From the human T2T-CHM13v2.0 reference genome, Homo sapiens, in NCBI RefSeq assembly GCF_009914755.1, contig NC_060926.1: 64,000 nucleotides of DNA. One strand, written 5' to 3'. Below the pieces are notes generated by a model. The model worked only from the letters and a program-made list of their open reading frames with translations, did not search any database and was not told the DNA's origin. A program made the position numbers and the translations under genes. Positions 27,888-41,974 of this stretch are shown one piece after another; position 1 is the stretch's first letter, and each line of letters begins with the position of its first letter.

Positions 27888-30068
27888 CCCTATATGCTAA
27901 ACATTAAGGCAATTAAGCTCCTTTCTCCAAGTGGCTTATAAAACAAGATAGTCACTGTCCCAGGTAAAATCAATCAGGAAAAATGTATTGAATGCAGTGT
28001 CCCCAGTGCATTGTGAAATGATAGCAATGGAACAATGCTGCCCAGCACACTCTGTGGCCAGGTCACTGTGGGGACGGGGGATCAGTAGTTATAGCAGCAT
28101 CACCTTCTCCATCCAGGCAGCCTCCCCAGAATCTCAGGTTGCCCTCTGGGTTCTTTCATTGCACCTTGTTCTTGTTTCATCACAACACTTATCATACTGC
28201 TGACCATTGCCTCTTGGCTTCTCTGCAGGCACTCAGTAAAATGTTCTAAACCAGTGGCATTTTGGGGAGGTGTGTCTCTCTACCAAACTTTGATCATCAT
28301 ATTTTTGTGACTTGCATGTTTAGGAATGTGGGTGTGTGAAATGTTTAGAGAGACCAGTACCTAACTTTGTATAAGAGTCAATTCAAGAGGGTTTAGAGTC
28401 AGTGTATGCCTAGAGGTGGACGTTTATGATGATAAAACAGAATAAAGCTGTTGGGTTTTTGTAGAGACTAAACACAGGAACTTGGTTACATCAGCATTTA
28501 TTTGTTCTTTCATTAGTTCATCACCCATTCATTCATCACTTATTGAGCATGTATTGAGCATGATTTTACCTTAGTGGACTACAAAATCTATCAATGTCTG
28601 CCTTGACATTGAACAAATAATAATGAAGGTGTTGAGGGATGTGAAAAGGAAAAAATGACTAAAGCGCTAAGGGAACATCATATTCATGAATGCAGAATAT
28701 CACTAAACAAACAAGCAAAAAAAAAAAAAACCAGACATCTAGAGATAAGAGTAGGGGATTGGAAGAAAAATATTCAAAAGTAATAGCAGGTTCTAAACAT
28801 TTTAAGAAGCAGTCAAGACTGTTTGGGCTTATTTTAAAAGAGGATATAAATTCCTAGAATCCACTCTTTATACAACCTAGGTTTTTTTTAAATCTATTTT
28901 CTTTCTCCTTTAAATTCAGGAAAAGTTACAAAGGAATATTTCAGGAGCCCCTTAAATACTTGTCTTTCTTGGGCCATAGGAATGGGCTAGTCATTTATAA
29001 CATGATTTTTAAATTGAGGTACAAAAATTAGACATGTTTGACGCTGGTTAGGAGTTTTCTAAAGTGACTCTCACATAGATCTCTGCAAAATGAATGAACA
29101 AGCTTTAATACAGCTCAGTTATATGAAAAGCTGTACACTATAAGAGATCTAGAAAACTAGAGCTTCAAGTTGTGTTTTTAAAAAGCCCTTAAACTTAATT
29201 GAAAAACCAAGTGTAGAATACAAAATTGCAACAAGGTCCATGGTGATCCTATGACATCATGATCTCAAAGGCCTTCATGGAGAGGTACAGGCATAATCAA
29301 TTGAGGGGTCTCCTAACCACATAGTGGGGAGGCTGGTCTCCTAGAGGAGAAGAGCATTGGATCTGGTGGCCTGGGCTCCCATCTGGCTCAAGAAGATGTT
29401 AACTGTGTAATTTCAACACAACAACTTCTCTTCTTGGATCTTGGTTTTCTAGATGATAAAATGCCTGTAATAACAGCTTTCCTGCATACCTCTCCAGGGA
29501 ATTTCACATGATTCTTATACTTGGGTCAGGACATCAATTTCAGGGAAGAAATATAACTCTACTATCTTTGGTAGCCTGTCTTAGATTCTGTCATTTTCAG
29601 AAACATTGTCTAATGCATAACATGTATGGAATACTTTTAAAAAGTAACGCTGGTGCCAGTATTTTATATTATTGGTGTCTCTTAGATGGAGAAGAGTGAC
29701 GATAAATCTTGCTTGAGTATTATTTTGCCCGAAGCATAAACTTTGGAATTAAATCAGTTGCCATAACCCTTGGATCCAAGAGGTATAATGGCTAAATTTC
29801 TTCAGAATTGATGGCAGACTAACAATTCATATTTGCTCAGGAATACAGGATTGAGCCTGAATACTGGTCTTCATTCTCCTGTTCACCTGTGAGACTAAGG
29901 CTATTGAAAAATGAAAGAAAAATTTAATTTCATTAGATATCCAACATACTTAAGCTCAGCTGGTTTCAACTTTATGGTCATAACAAAGGATTCTGCTATT
30001 GCCTTGGGGCTGCTGATCATTTGTCAAGGCTACCAGGTCTCAACAGGCACCAACAGATAATGCTAAAA

Positions 30069-30087
30069 GGGACACTAGGTGGCATTA
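30069..30087 (+). promoter_or_regulatory. Candidate CTCF site
   Basis: GGGACACTAGGTGGCATTA matches 12/14 of the core CCASYAGRKGGCRS; motif only, no binding evidence. Confidence 0.4.
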
Positions 30088-31143
30088 TATGGAAGTACCA
30101 GGGAAAGGACTCCTGCACCTCATATCAAAAATCTCCTCCTCACTAGTCTGTAAATGGCCTCAAAGTGGTTAAAGTATTTTCTCCTGCTAATATGTGCACA
30201 TTTCACCTGGATGCAGAAGGGGCAGGGGGATGGCAAGCTGCCTCCCTGCCATTAACATTCACACAATTCTGATTGGCACAGTGTCTAGCCATCTCCTTGG
30301 AAAGACTCTGTGAAATCAGAAGACTAGTAGGCAAAGGTAGGGTGTGGAGGAATGAGTCTATGTCACAAAGATGCCCTGGGCATGGGGTTGCGGGGGTGAG
30401 GGAAGAAAGGCCTAAGGAAACCACTTCTTGGGAGTCCAGGCAGCAGGATGAAAGAGAGAAGAGTTAGAAGGGAAGCGAAGTAAAAAATCTCCATCAGAAT
30501 GTTATGGGGGCTGATAGGCCCACTATGTATCTCCTTAAATTAGATCCAGAGTAGGCCTTAAAAGATCCCTCATTGTTCAGAAGAGAGCACAATATACAAA
30601 TACCTCATAAAAGGTAAAGGTGGAAGACAATGGTACAGGGAGAAAAATGTAAGCCTGTAGGATCTCAGAGAAGGGAAGGAGAGGAAGCATGTTTTCAAGG
30701 AGCAAAAGAGAGAGAGCATCTGGGAAGACTGTGGAAGAGCATACAGAAGCATAAGAAGGAGTTTGTAAGCTAGAGAAGAAAGTTGAAGGCAGTAGAATTG
30801 AGAAATGACTAAGATATTCATAACAGATTGTCAAGTTTCAAAACTGGCTCCTTGTCTGGCTAGACATATGAATTTGGGGATCATATATCTGCAGCTTAAT
30901 TTCCTCATTTATAAGATGAGTATTCACATTTGCTATTGCAGAGATGATTTTAAGGACCTAGGAGGTATTAAGGGCTGGTAGTGTGTTAGCTTTTATGATG
31001 TTGATCATGATGATGATGAGGATGATAACGAAAAACACTATTCAATGAGGCATCCATGAAGGTAGAGTGTGGTTTGAGTACAGCATGTTAGGAAGATATA
31101 AAAGGGAGAAGAGGTTGGAAAGAAAGTCCTATTACAATGGGCC

Positions 31144-31596
31144 TGTCCTAGTTTTCTGGGGCTGCCAAAACAAATTACCACAAATTGGATGTCTTAAAAC
31201 ACATAAATTGATTCTCTCACAGTTCTGGTGACTGGAAGTCGGAAATCAACGTGCTGGCAGGGCCAAGCTCCCTCCAGAGGCTCAAGGGATGTTTCTGACC
31301 CTTGCCTTTTCCTACCACTTTGTGCTTGCTGATAATTCCTTGGCTTGTGACAACATAATTTTAATCTCTGCCTCTGTCTTCACATGGCATTGTTCCCTCT
31401 GGGTGTCTGTGTCTATGTGTCCAAACTTTCTCTACTTATGAGGACACTAGTTATGCTGAGTTTACAGCCTACCTTAATCCAGCATGAACTCATCTTAACT
31501 TGTTTACATATGCAAAGACCCTATTTCCAAATAAGGTCACAATAACAGGTTTTGGGTGGGCTTGAAATTTGGAAGGACACTATTCAGCCCAGTACA
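31144..31596 (-). mobile_element. MLT1 (B/C-like) solo LTR
   Basis: TG...CA; GGGCTGCCAAAACAAATTACCACAAA and CCCTATTTCCAAATAAGGTCAC; TSD GGGCC/GTGCC. Confidence 0.9.
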
Positions 31597-32963
31597 GTGC
31601 CTGAATGTTCAGTTAAACAGTTAAGGCCTCAAATAGCAGGGCCACTGCTTCCTGCCTTGTATCCTTTTCCGGAGCACAGTTGTTCTGTTCCTAGAAACAA
31701 CATAGATGGGCATCATGCTTACTATCTCAACCCCGGGAACAAGTATGTGGATATTTACCTGCCAGCTGTAAATAACTCTAATGTGGAAGGGAATGATGTA
31801 GAATACAAATTACTTGTCTAACTTGTGATCAGGTGGCAGGGAACAGAAAGGTATGAGCAGAGGGATCATTAGTGAGTAACGCTTGCCTTGGGAAGCCTGG
31901 ACATAGGCCACATTTACCTACGGTGGCATCCCCTACACTTGGCAGATATTTCATCTGCACACCTACACTGGTGTGCAGTGGGCCCTGAACTTCTGACAGG
32001 ATGCCCAGTATCTGTCCTGATTACCATTCCCCCCAAGATTCTGGATCTCTGCTATCCTCACGAATTCCAGGCCCTTCACTTGTAGTAGCATGAGGCATTT
32101 CCTTCCTGGAGGATGTCTCTGTGTTCTGATGAGAGACACTTAGAGATCTCAAAGTCTTCAGCTAAAGTGTCTTATTGGCAAAATAGGGATTTGGGAAGTG
32201 TTTTACCCATGCTGCCTTCCAAATTCCCTTCAAATGAGTCCACAATCTGGCTACTTGCTTTTCTTATCTACAAGAATGGCTTTGACGTAGACATCACTCT
32301 TCTCTTAGTGCTTCCATTCTAGCAAAGTGAATCACTCCTGCAATTTGCCCCAGCAGGGTGGGTGCCTCCAAGGCCCAAAAACATGACAGGCTTCAGGGAT
32401 GAAAACCACTAGCTAGAGGCCTCTGTCTGTAAAACAGCTTCTTCCATGGAGAGGCCTCAGTACACAATAGTGAAGGAAGTAGTGGTTGTGGTGGTGTCAT
32501 CGTTCACTGCCTCGTGAATTTTCACCTCTACCTGGCACTAATTCCAGGCTGTGCTGAGAGGAGATCAGTCCTACCAGCTGTCCACACTGAGACAGGAGAA
32601 CTTGTAAAACAAGAGCAGGTCTAGGTTTGGTGAAGAGCAAAGCAAAGGAAGGAATTTAAAATGCAGAGGGGAGACAGGTTACATACAATGTCAGCAGAAC
32701 TAGGGCTACAGAAAGTGAACAAAGCAAGTTCAAGACTCAGAGTTTGTAGGAACAACTGAGGGTTGAGTCAGCAGAGGTTTTCCAGAAAGACAAGATGAAG
32801 GCAGAAGGACAGTATAACTGTCAGTCCTGAGTGAAACTCACGGGACTCAACACCACCTCCTCTCTGGGTGGATTCTAAGCCCTGACTTTGTCTCCTCAGC
32901 AGCCTTGAAGCAACGCATCTCACCCTTCAAAGAGGTAACAAGAAAAAGCCACCCCTGGCTGGG

Positions 32964-33328
32964 TGATATAGTTTGGCTGTGTCCCCACCCAAATATCATC
33001 TTGAACTGTAGCTCCCAGAATTCCCACGTGTCATGAGAGGGACCCAGTAGGAGGTAATTGAATCATGGGGGCAGACTTTCCTGTGCTGTTCGCATGATAG
33101 TGAATAACTAAGTCTCAAGAGATCTGATGGTCTTATAAAGGGGAGTTCCCCTGCACATGTTCTCTTGCCTGCCACCATATAAACCTGTCTTGCTTCCCTT
33201 TTGTCCTCCACCATGATTGTGAGGCCTCCCCAGCCATGTGGAACTGTAAGTCAATTAAACCTCTTTCCTTTATAAATTACCCAGTCTCAGGTATGTCTTT
33301 ATTAACATTGTGAGAACAGATTAATACA
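32964..33328 (+). mobile_element. THE1 (THE1B-like) solo LTR
   Basis: TGATATAGTTTGGCTGTGTCCCCACCCAAAT...CAGATTAATACA, 365 bp; TSD CTGGG/CTGAG. Confidence 0.95.
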
Positions 33329-35439
33329 CTGAGCTAAACAATTATGGAGCCATGGGCTCATTCATCTGGAGGGGGAATTAGTGTTCCTCATAAAGCTCTT
33401 AAGTTAAAAAGGAATTTGAACCTATGGCTCACCCCGTTAGGAATTAGTTCTGTTCTGCATTTTTCAACCTCTATGTAGCATTTTGCCAGTAAGAGTTCAA
33501 GATTTTTTTCTCTTTTGATGTCATACCCTTCATTTAGACCACAATTTCACCATTCTGCCCTCTGCCTGCCATCTCTTTTGGTGAATGTTTCATCTGCTCA
33601 TCTCAAATGGCTCAGCTACCCACACTTCCTGCCAGCCTTCATTCCTCTTGGATCCCACTTACCTAGAAGTGCCTGAGAAAACAAAACCAACATGCCCTTC
33701 TCTTGTGGAGTCCTCCATTATGGTGTCTATGGGGTATTTATCCAGCATTGTATAAAACCTGAATGAGACAGAAAGGTCAACTTAGGTCCTGGTCCCCTCC
33801 CTTCACTTCAGTCAGATCCTCACACAGCCCTAACTTATACCCTACCATCATTTAATTGCTCTACTTTAAGTCTAACTTTGAAAATCTCTTTCCCTAAAGC
33901 CCTCTGTCCTCTCACTTCTTATGCCTTCCAGAAAATTCCCTCAACTTTTCTTATTCTGCTTCTAATCCCAGTGGATTCTCTTACACGGACCCAGATCCTC
34001 ACAGTGGGTCTCCACTGGAGAATGGAGAGCGGCTTTGTTTTGTCTTTGTGCCTTCTTCCTGGCTCCCAGGATCCTTGGTCCCTGTGCATAGGGACCTCTC
34101 CTGTGCTGTCCTCAGCTTCTGCTATTCCAGGCTGTAGAGAAATTTTTCAATTTCATCCACAACCCTACATATAAAAGCATTATGAACTCCATAGTTCTGA
34201 AGGCTAATTATCAAAAGGATTCAGCAAAAAGGGGGGAAAGCAAATAACAAAGAGTGAACTAGTAGATTATTGATTCGAGAACAAAATACGTAGGTGCTTG
34301 ATTAGAAAGATTGATTTGATTGGGATGTACTAGTTATGCTGAGACACATAGTCATAATGGAACAGCAGATTAGAATTGTCTGACCATAGGTTCTGTTTTA
34401 TCTAAATATATGTCATGACATATATCAGCTCTGCCACAGTTCTATTTTGGGATCTTCATACCACTGGCAAAATTAGTACTTAACATTGCGAGATGGGGTT
34501 AGGGATTCTTGACAAGAACAGTGAGGGGCAGCTGCCTACAATAGCCCTCCTCCATCCACATGAATTGTTATTAAAATAACCCAAAGGCTTGTGAATAAAA
34601 GACAAATATATTGCAAGGGTATGACAGAATAAAGGATAGTATTTATATACATACCAGAAACTAGGAAGAGTATATTTTAACCTCAGAGGCAATAGAGAGG
34701 CACTGCAAAAGAAGAAGAAAAAAAAAAAAAAGACTATGGCCAACACTTCTGGAATTAAGCAATGTAATCAGTAAGAAATAAGGAATAAACTCTGGTAGAT
34801 AGCTTGCCCCTTCGCCTACACTCTGAATTGGAAAAGTAAAAGCCATGCTGAATATAAGAATGGCATGAAAGGTGGAGAGGGTCTCCTCCTAGCAACAATC
34901 ACTTCCACTTCTCTCTCCTTGGGGAAAATAACATTGAGACATCAGTAGGATTGTAGAAAAATCTTTAATGTTTTCTTCTAAGGTGCACTTTCCATATTTA
35001 TTAATGGAAGCAAGCATGTCATGTAGAAACATACGTTTTAAAAATGGTCAGCAATCCTACAGGGCTAAACAATTAGAGTGTTGTATTTTGTTTTGTTTTT
35101 TAATTCATTTGCCCTTGATCAGGGATTGGCGTTAAAGGCATGACCTTGGAAAAATTTAGTCAAAACCCACACCCTGTCCATTTCCAACTTGATTATGTAC
35201 ATTTCCTTCGGAATAGTATAGATCCTGGACTGTGGGGAGAAACAGAGCCAAACTGATGTGTAGCACTCAAAAGCATTTCTACAGCTCAAGAACAAAAATT
35301 CACTAATGCTCCAATGGTGTGCAGGGTATTTCTCTTTCAAAAATTGATTTACTGCTCTAAATGGAAAAAAAAAATCAAAGTTTTATTTCAACAAGTTTTA
35401 TGACAACATTTGCTCTGGGAACAACAGCAGGCAGACTTA

Positions 35440-36290
35440 AGAGGGAAGGCCAAGGGAAAGAATAACTATCAGAATTTTGAAAGAAACGCAACAGACAAAT
35501 TTTAAAAATCAAGATGGATGTTTTGAATCATCAGAAATGTAAGTTGTTATACAGGGAGCAAACATTTAGAAATGAAACTCCTATTAGAAAAGATAATAAG
35601 ACATATTCAAGCAACACCATCTACACATAATAGCTTTTTCTGTAACAGTGAGGAGAACTGAAGGAGCAGGAGCAATCTATAAAGAAATAGAGAAGACATT
35701 CTCAATTTAAGCAAGACTGTGGGTTCAAATTTAGAATATTCATCGTGTTCCAGGCAAGCCTACACAGGTCCCAGTACAGTTTTAAAATTCAATCAATAAA
35801 AGATGATTCCTACACAAATCTAGAAAAGAAGTAAACAAAATATTTACTTCCAAACAAAATAAAATAAAATTTAGGTTGGCTGCAATTCTTCCTCACTAAA
35901 ACTAAGCATTAGAATTAAACACACAATGTATATAAAGCTTTGAAGGACACAGTTTATGAAACAAAAGCTGTGTATCCAGCCAACATTTATTCCTGTATGC
36001 ATAACATAGAAATGATGATATAGTCAAAGACCCATAATATTTTTCCTAAATATCTTAACAAATATCTGCTCTAGGATTCACAGAATAATCAAAATGAAGA
36101 ACTCAAATATAGGTTTATCAATACAGAAAAGAACTACTGATGAGTATTAAAAACAGTGAAAAATCACCTAATTGTTTAAAGTGTAACATGAAAATAACAA
36201 AAATTATCTCTCAATTACAATATAAAATTAAAAATGAACTATGGGCACAAATAAACTAGAGATGATCTATTTTTTAACGTATGTCTCCAA
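35440..36290 (+). mobile_element. Very old L1 ORF1/HAL1-like fragment
   Basis: A-rich degenerate stretch (TATATAAAGCTTTGAAGGA...GTATCCAGCCAA); recognition is weak. Confidence 0.4.
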
Positions 36291-36349
36291 AGGCAATTTT
36301 TAAAGCATTTTTTATATACCTGTTGGTCATTCGTATGGTGTGGTTTTGT

Positions 36350-36648
36350 TGCTTTTGTTATTATTTTTAATTGACACATAATAATTACACATACTTATGG
36401 AGTACTGTGTGATATTTTGATACATTTATACAATGTGTAATGATCAAATCATGGTAATTGGCATATCTGTCACCTCAAACAGCTATCATGTCTTTGTGTT
36501 GGGGACGTTCAAAATCCACTTTTTAACTATTTGAAAATATACATTAAATTATTGCTAGTTATAGTCACTCTATAGCGCTGCAGAACACTAGAACTTATTT
36601 CCCTGTCTAGCTATACTTTTGTATCTGCCATTCAACCTTAAGCTATCC
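36350..36648 (-). mobile_element. L1MA 3' end fragment, followed by a MIR piece to about 36790
   Basis: TTTTTAATTGACACATAATAATT...ATACAATGTGTAATGATCAAATC...AGAACACTAGAACTTATT. Confidence 0.85.
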
Positions 36649-39129
36649 TTTTGAGAAGATAAAGAAACAGGAGATTACAAAGATAAAATGACTTCCTCAA
36701 GGTCATAAAACTATGCTGGCAGAACCAGAATTTGAACCTAAAGAGTATAACTCCAAAACAGCATAGCTTTTTTTCTGCACTATGCCAAAAAAAAAAGCTG
36801 CCTGTTTATTGGATGATGTACAGAAGTTGTAAAGGACATAACCTGGACAGGTGACACAATGAATTACTATCAAGATACTTTCAGTTTCATCATTTAGACT
36901 AGGAGCATCCTGAGGGCAGGGCATGTTGGGGAAATAAGGCTATACAAAAATTACAGACAAATTTAAGAAGAGTTTGAGCTAATACAATATTGTGTAATTC
37001 ACAAAGTAATGAAGGAAGAAAGAGAAGAATAAAAAAAGGATGGAGGGAGGGAGGAAGAAAGGAAAGAAGGGAAAAGGAAAGGTCATTGTGGTTATATGTT
37101 TCATAGAGAGGGCGATTCTTTGACATCAGTTAAAATGATGTGAATGTGATCTGGCAAGGAGAGAACTGATAAGATAATGCAAATCATTGCACCCTTCTGT
37201 CCTTCAAGTTTTGGAGGTCATTTAGGAAGTGAAAAGCACTTTCTATGTATCTTTAGTAGCAACTGGAAAAAGCCTCCCTTGGTGACAACATCCTTGTTGG
37301 TTGATTAAATAAAACTAAAAACACTCTCTAGACTTTGCCTGTTGGTTCAGGGATACTGAACTAGGCCCTCTCCCATATTTTCTATGTTCTTTAGAATTTA
37401 CTGCCCTCCCCCACCGCCCATGCACACACATTCAACCCACACCCATTCAGGAATTAATGGTATGCTGCAACTTCTACTTCTTCCCCTGTTTAGTTAACTT
37501 CACTCTAATCCCAGAAGTTAGGGAGCCAGAATGACACAGATGTGAATTCGTTATCAGATCAAGCTTTGGGAAATGTTCAACTCCACTTCATCTCATTTCC
37601 CTGGCCTTTTTTCTTCAGGGGCCCCCAGTTACCCTCAGAATACCTCACTGCAGTGAAACTCTCCCTATATGCATAAGTTCATGAATATAATTAGCAGAAC
37701 TGGAAAGAACCATGTAAATCATTTCACCTAAAGAGAACAATACCAAGACCCAGAGGGGGACAATGCTTTTCCAAAGACTCACAGCAAAATCAGTGACTAA
37801 GCCAGATCTAGAGGTCACATCGTCATTCTCAACATGCTTTACTAGAACTTTGTCTACACTCTCCAGGCTGTTAATGCAGTAATGAGTCAATCTTATGAAT
37901 TTGTGTGTTCTAATGAGAAACAAATTCACTTCCTCAATTTCCTTCCAGGTAAAATTTACATTTTTTCACAAAAGCCTTTTGAAAAGTCCCAAAAGTTCAA
38001 TTAAAGAAGCACCTGTAAGACAAAATTTCTAGACATAAAAATATAGTAAACATTCTACATCTTAGTTACTCCAAAATAGACTCTGACTGGCTCATCTATG
38101 TCCATATAAAAGGTGGGGCTTCTCTCATCTGTTGGGCAAAGATGTCTATGAAGGTGGTTCATGAAAGCTAAGATTTATTTTTAGGAAAGAACAGCTCAAT
38201 CTATGTAAGCAAGAAATAGGAAAAGAGGAAGTAAATTCTATATATCCTTAAAAGTTCACCCCAGCCAACTTAGGAAACTTGCACCTGGGAAAGCTACATG
38301 GAGAACTCTGGTCCTTTTCCTGGGAGATCAGATAACTTGAGAGACAGGAAGTCAAAAGCACAGACATTAAACAATGAACGAGAAAGTCAGTCACGTTAGG
38401 GAGAGATCAAGTAAGAAATACTGCAATAAATCTGCAAACAAAACTCCATCTGAAGACAGCAGCATCTGAAAGATGAGAGAAAAATGAGCAAACTATGCTT
38501 TTTCTTTTTAGTCATGAGGAATATGCATTATGTTTAGAATGGAATTAGGATTGGTGCATAGCCTTTAGTAATGCAATTCATCTCACACACCAAGTCAGAA
38601 ATATTCAGAAAGATTGCCTTAGAACCAGGGGGCAAGACTGCACTGGGATTCTTCCAAAATCATGTTGTGGTTGATTAACTATGGCTGCCATGGCGGGACA
38701 ATAGGAGCAGTGGTGTCATGCTTGCAATATTCCTTCGTGTGTGACATCCCTGTTACACCCAGCCTTTAGGACACACACAGTTAAGAGTCCCCCACTGAGA
38801 ATGACTATACCTTCAAAGACAATGTTACTCCTTATGATAGCCTTGCCATATGTCCATCTCCTATTACTGGTTTTGAGTTCTGGGTTTCCTGGCTCTTTGC
38901 CCTCAGCTGTTACACAGCACTCAGATGGAGAGGTTCTGCTGAGGCCAGACCACTCATATGAGTCTAATTCATCCTGATCCTGAGAGAAACTCTTTCTTCT
39001 CTGCTACTAGCATTAATATCCCTATTATAGTACATTTGTGGTGGTGTTTTGTTGGATGCCCCATCTTCTCTCACCTACAGGTGGGATCCCCAATTGTGTG
39101 GATCCTGGTAAGAAGAGCCCCCACCCCTC

Positions 39130-39515
39130 CCTGGAATCCAGGACACTGGCATTGAACTCACTCCAGGCCAACTGGAGGGCCCTATCTGTGTCGTCAAAGC
39201 TTGATTAAATGATACATTGCAAGGCCAATTTAGAATTTCTTGAAAGAGGAAATGCGTGGTGGCATGGTGGTGTTGTCTATTTGTAGCAGTGTTCACTAGA
39301 GGTTCTGGCAGTAGTGATATCCATGGTGTCCATGGGGTGTGACCAGACTCTTCCCAGATTGTGACCTTGGCTGCTGCCCGTCTTCCCTGAGATCAAGCCT
39401 GCTTCTCTAGCCCTCTCATTCATTCTATAAACACCTTGATGTTCCTCTACTAGATGCCTTTTCTGTTTCAGTTAATCATAATTTATCTTACTTGTACCAA
39501 GAACATGGACAGACC
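39130..39515 (+). mobile_element. Old ERVL LTR (LTR16/LTR33-like) fragment
   Basis: 3' end CCTTTTCTGTTTCAGTTAATCATA...CTTGTACCAAGAAC; GT-rich interior. Confidence 0.45.
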
Positions 39516-39752
39516 TGACAAAGGGTCATAGATTTTTTTCCAAAGCTTTGCTTCTTTGAAATTTCCCTCTCACAAAGGAGATTTCTCTGCAGGAAAGCCT
39601 TTGAGGCAATGGTTCAGGCTATGGCATACATAAGTCTGTAACTGACCCAAGATAGGAAAGAAAATGGGTACAAGTATCTCAAAAATATAACCCTACCCAA
39701 AACACACCGTGGGGGTTTAGAAAATACTTGGCATGTGAAACACTTCCTTCTA

Positions 39753-39997
39753 ACTTAAACAATTCAACAAGCAAAAACCAATCCCTTTTAAAAATATGGG
39801 CCCAGGACATGGACAGACACTTTTCAAAAGAAAATGTACATGTGGCCAACAAATATATTAAAAAATGCTCACAGCATTACTAGCATTTTTGCTAGTGATG
39901 GATGACAGGATCATTCATATGCCAAACCTCAGCAATTTATCCATGTAACAAACCTGCACATGTACCCCTGAACCTAAAATAAAAGTAGAAAAAGAAG
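39753..39997 (+). mobile_element. Short, internally deleted L1 (L1PB/PA-old 3' end)
   Basis: GGACATGGACAGACACTTTTCAAAAGAA segment fused to CCATGTAACAAACCTGCACATGTACCCCTGAACCTAAAATAAAAGT; TSD ACTTCCTTCTA at 39742-39752 and 39998-40008. Confidence 0.88.
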
Positions 39998-40380
39998 ACT
40001 TCCTTCTACCATTTCACAAACTATACAACCCTAGAGAAGTTATATAGATTCTCTTAATCTAATTTCCCTCATCTGTAAAATGGAAAGTTCATTCATTCAT
40101 TCATTTAGCAAGTATTTATCAAGTATTTACTGTCTGCTCTGCACTGAGGAAATAATAATGAATCAAAACAGAAAAGGCATTTACCTACGTAGAGCTTAGG
40201 CTTTTGGTGGAGAAAAACAAAAAAAAAAGATCACATTATTTTGATATTTACAAGCTGTGATAAGTGCTACTAAAAAAAGAAACATATTTTCTTCGTGGGG
40301 TTCTGATTTATTCAAGGAGGTAAGAGAAATTTATCCAGAGAAGAAAGATTAAGGCTGAGGAGTAAAACATTGGTAGTCAG

Positions 40381-40881
<501 letters not shown>

Positions 40882-40987
40882 CTATGTGAAACAAGATGGG
40901 AGGGTGAATGAGATCAGAACAGGTAGTGAAAAAGCCATGTCAGGGACATGAAAATACTTTAAGAAGTGAGTAAAGAGGACCATTTTT

Positions 40988-41093
40988 CTTCTTCTTCTTC
41001 CTCCTCATCTTCTTTTTCCTCTTCTTCTTCTTCTTCTTCTTCTTCTTCTTCTTCTTCTTCTTCTTCTTCTTCTTCTTCTTCTTCTTCTTCTTC
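40988..41093. repeat. (CTT)n/(GAA)n trinucleotide repeat, 24 pure units at 41021-41092
   Basis: Directly visible; source of the poly-Lys ORF 40940-41317. Confidence 0.97.
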
Positions 41094-41974
41094 AAAGATT
41101 CCTCTGGCTGCTCTGGATTATTTGGTGGGGGCGGGGTAGGGCAAAATATAATAATGGAGACACTATAGGAACCCACTTCAATATCCAGGCAAAGGATGGT
41201 CATAATCTGGCCTAGGGTAGTGGTCACAAAGATAAAAATATCTGGGAGTGGTAAAATCAACAGGATTTGGTGATGAATGAAATAAGATAGAGAGGAAGGT
41301 GTGAAAGATGATTCCATAATCTCTGTCTGCTTGCATGAATGGCTGGAGCTAACATTCCCTGAGATATGGACCTTGGGCTTGCTTTGAGGGACAGGTCATG
41401 AATTGGGCTTTAGGCATGTTGACTGTGGGGTGCTAGTGAGATTCCCAAGAGCAGATATTGAAGCAGCTGGATACATGTTTGTATAACCCAGAGGGCTGTA
41501 GGTAGAAAACACTTGGAAATCACTCACGTGGAGAAGTTGCCCAAAGCCACAGGTATTAGTGAGTTTCTGTAGGGAGAGAGTGAACAGGGGATGTTCTAGC
41601 ACTGAGCCCTGAGAAGTTATAACATAAAAAACATGGATACAAAAAGTTGGCTAAGAACAGTAAGAACTAACTGGAGATCTAGGAGGAAACCAAGATCATT
41701 TTCATAGAATCCAAGAGAAGAGCATTTCAAGGGGAGTGAAAAGGAGTGTTGAGTGCTGCCAAGAGATTAAGAGACATGAGGACTAAAAGAGTCCCATTAG
41801 GTGCCATAGCAAGAAGTAACATCACAGGGTCAGTCAATTACAGGGTATTGTCACCATAAGTGCCTGATATACATATTAAGGGAAGGCAAGCGACACTACC
41901 AAAGTCTACTCACATCCAGCCAAAAGTCAAAGTGAATTCTTAAAATAGTGAGTCTTTATATTATTATGGTTCTT

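Noticed and set aside
28950-29330. Possible L3/CR1 remnants (also about 61520-61730)
   Set aside because: Resemblance too faint to support without an HMM search
40940-41317. 125-aa ORF with poly-Lys
   Set aside because: (GAA)n repeat inside an L2 remnant
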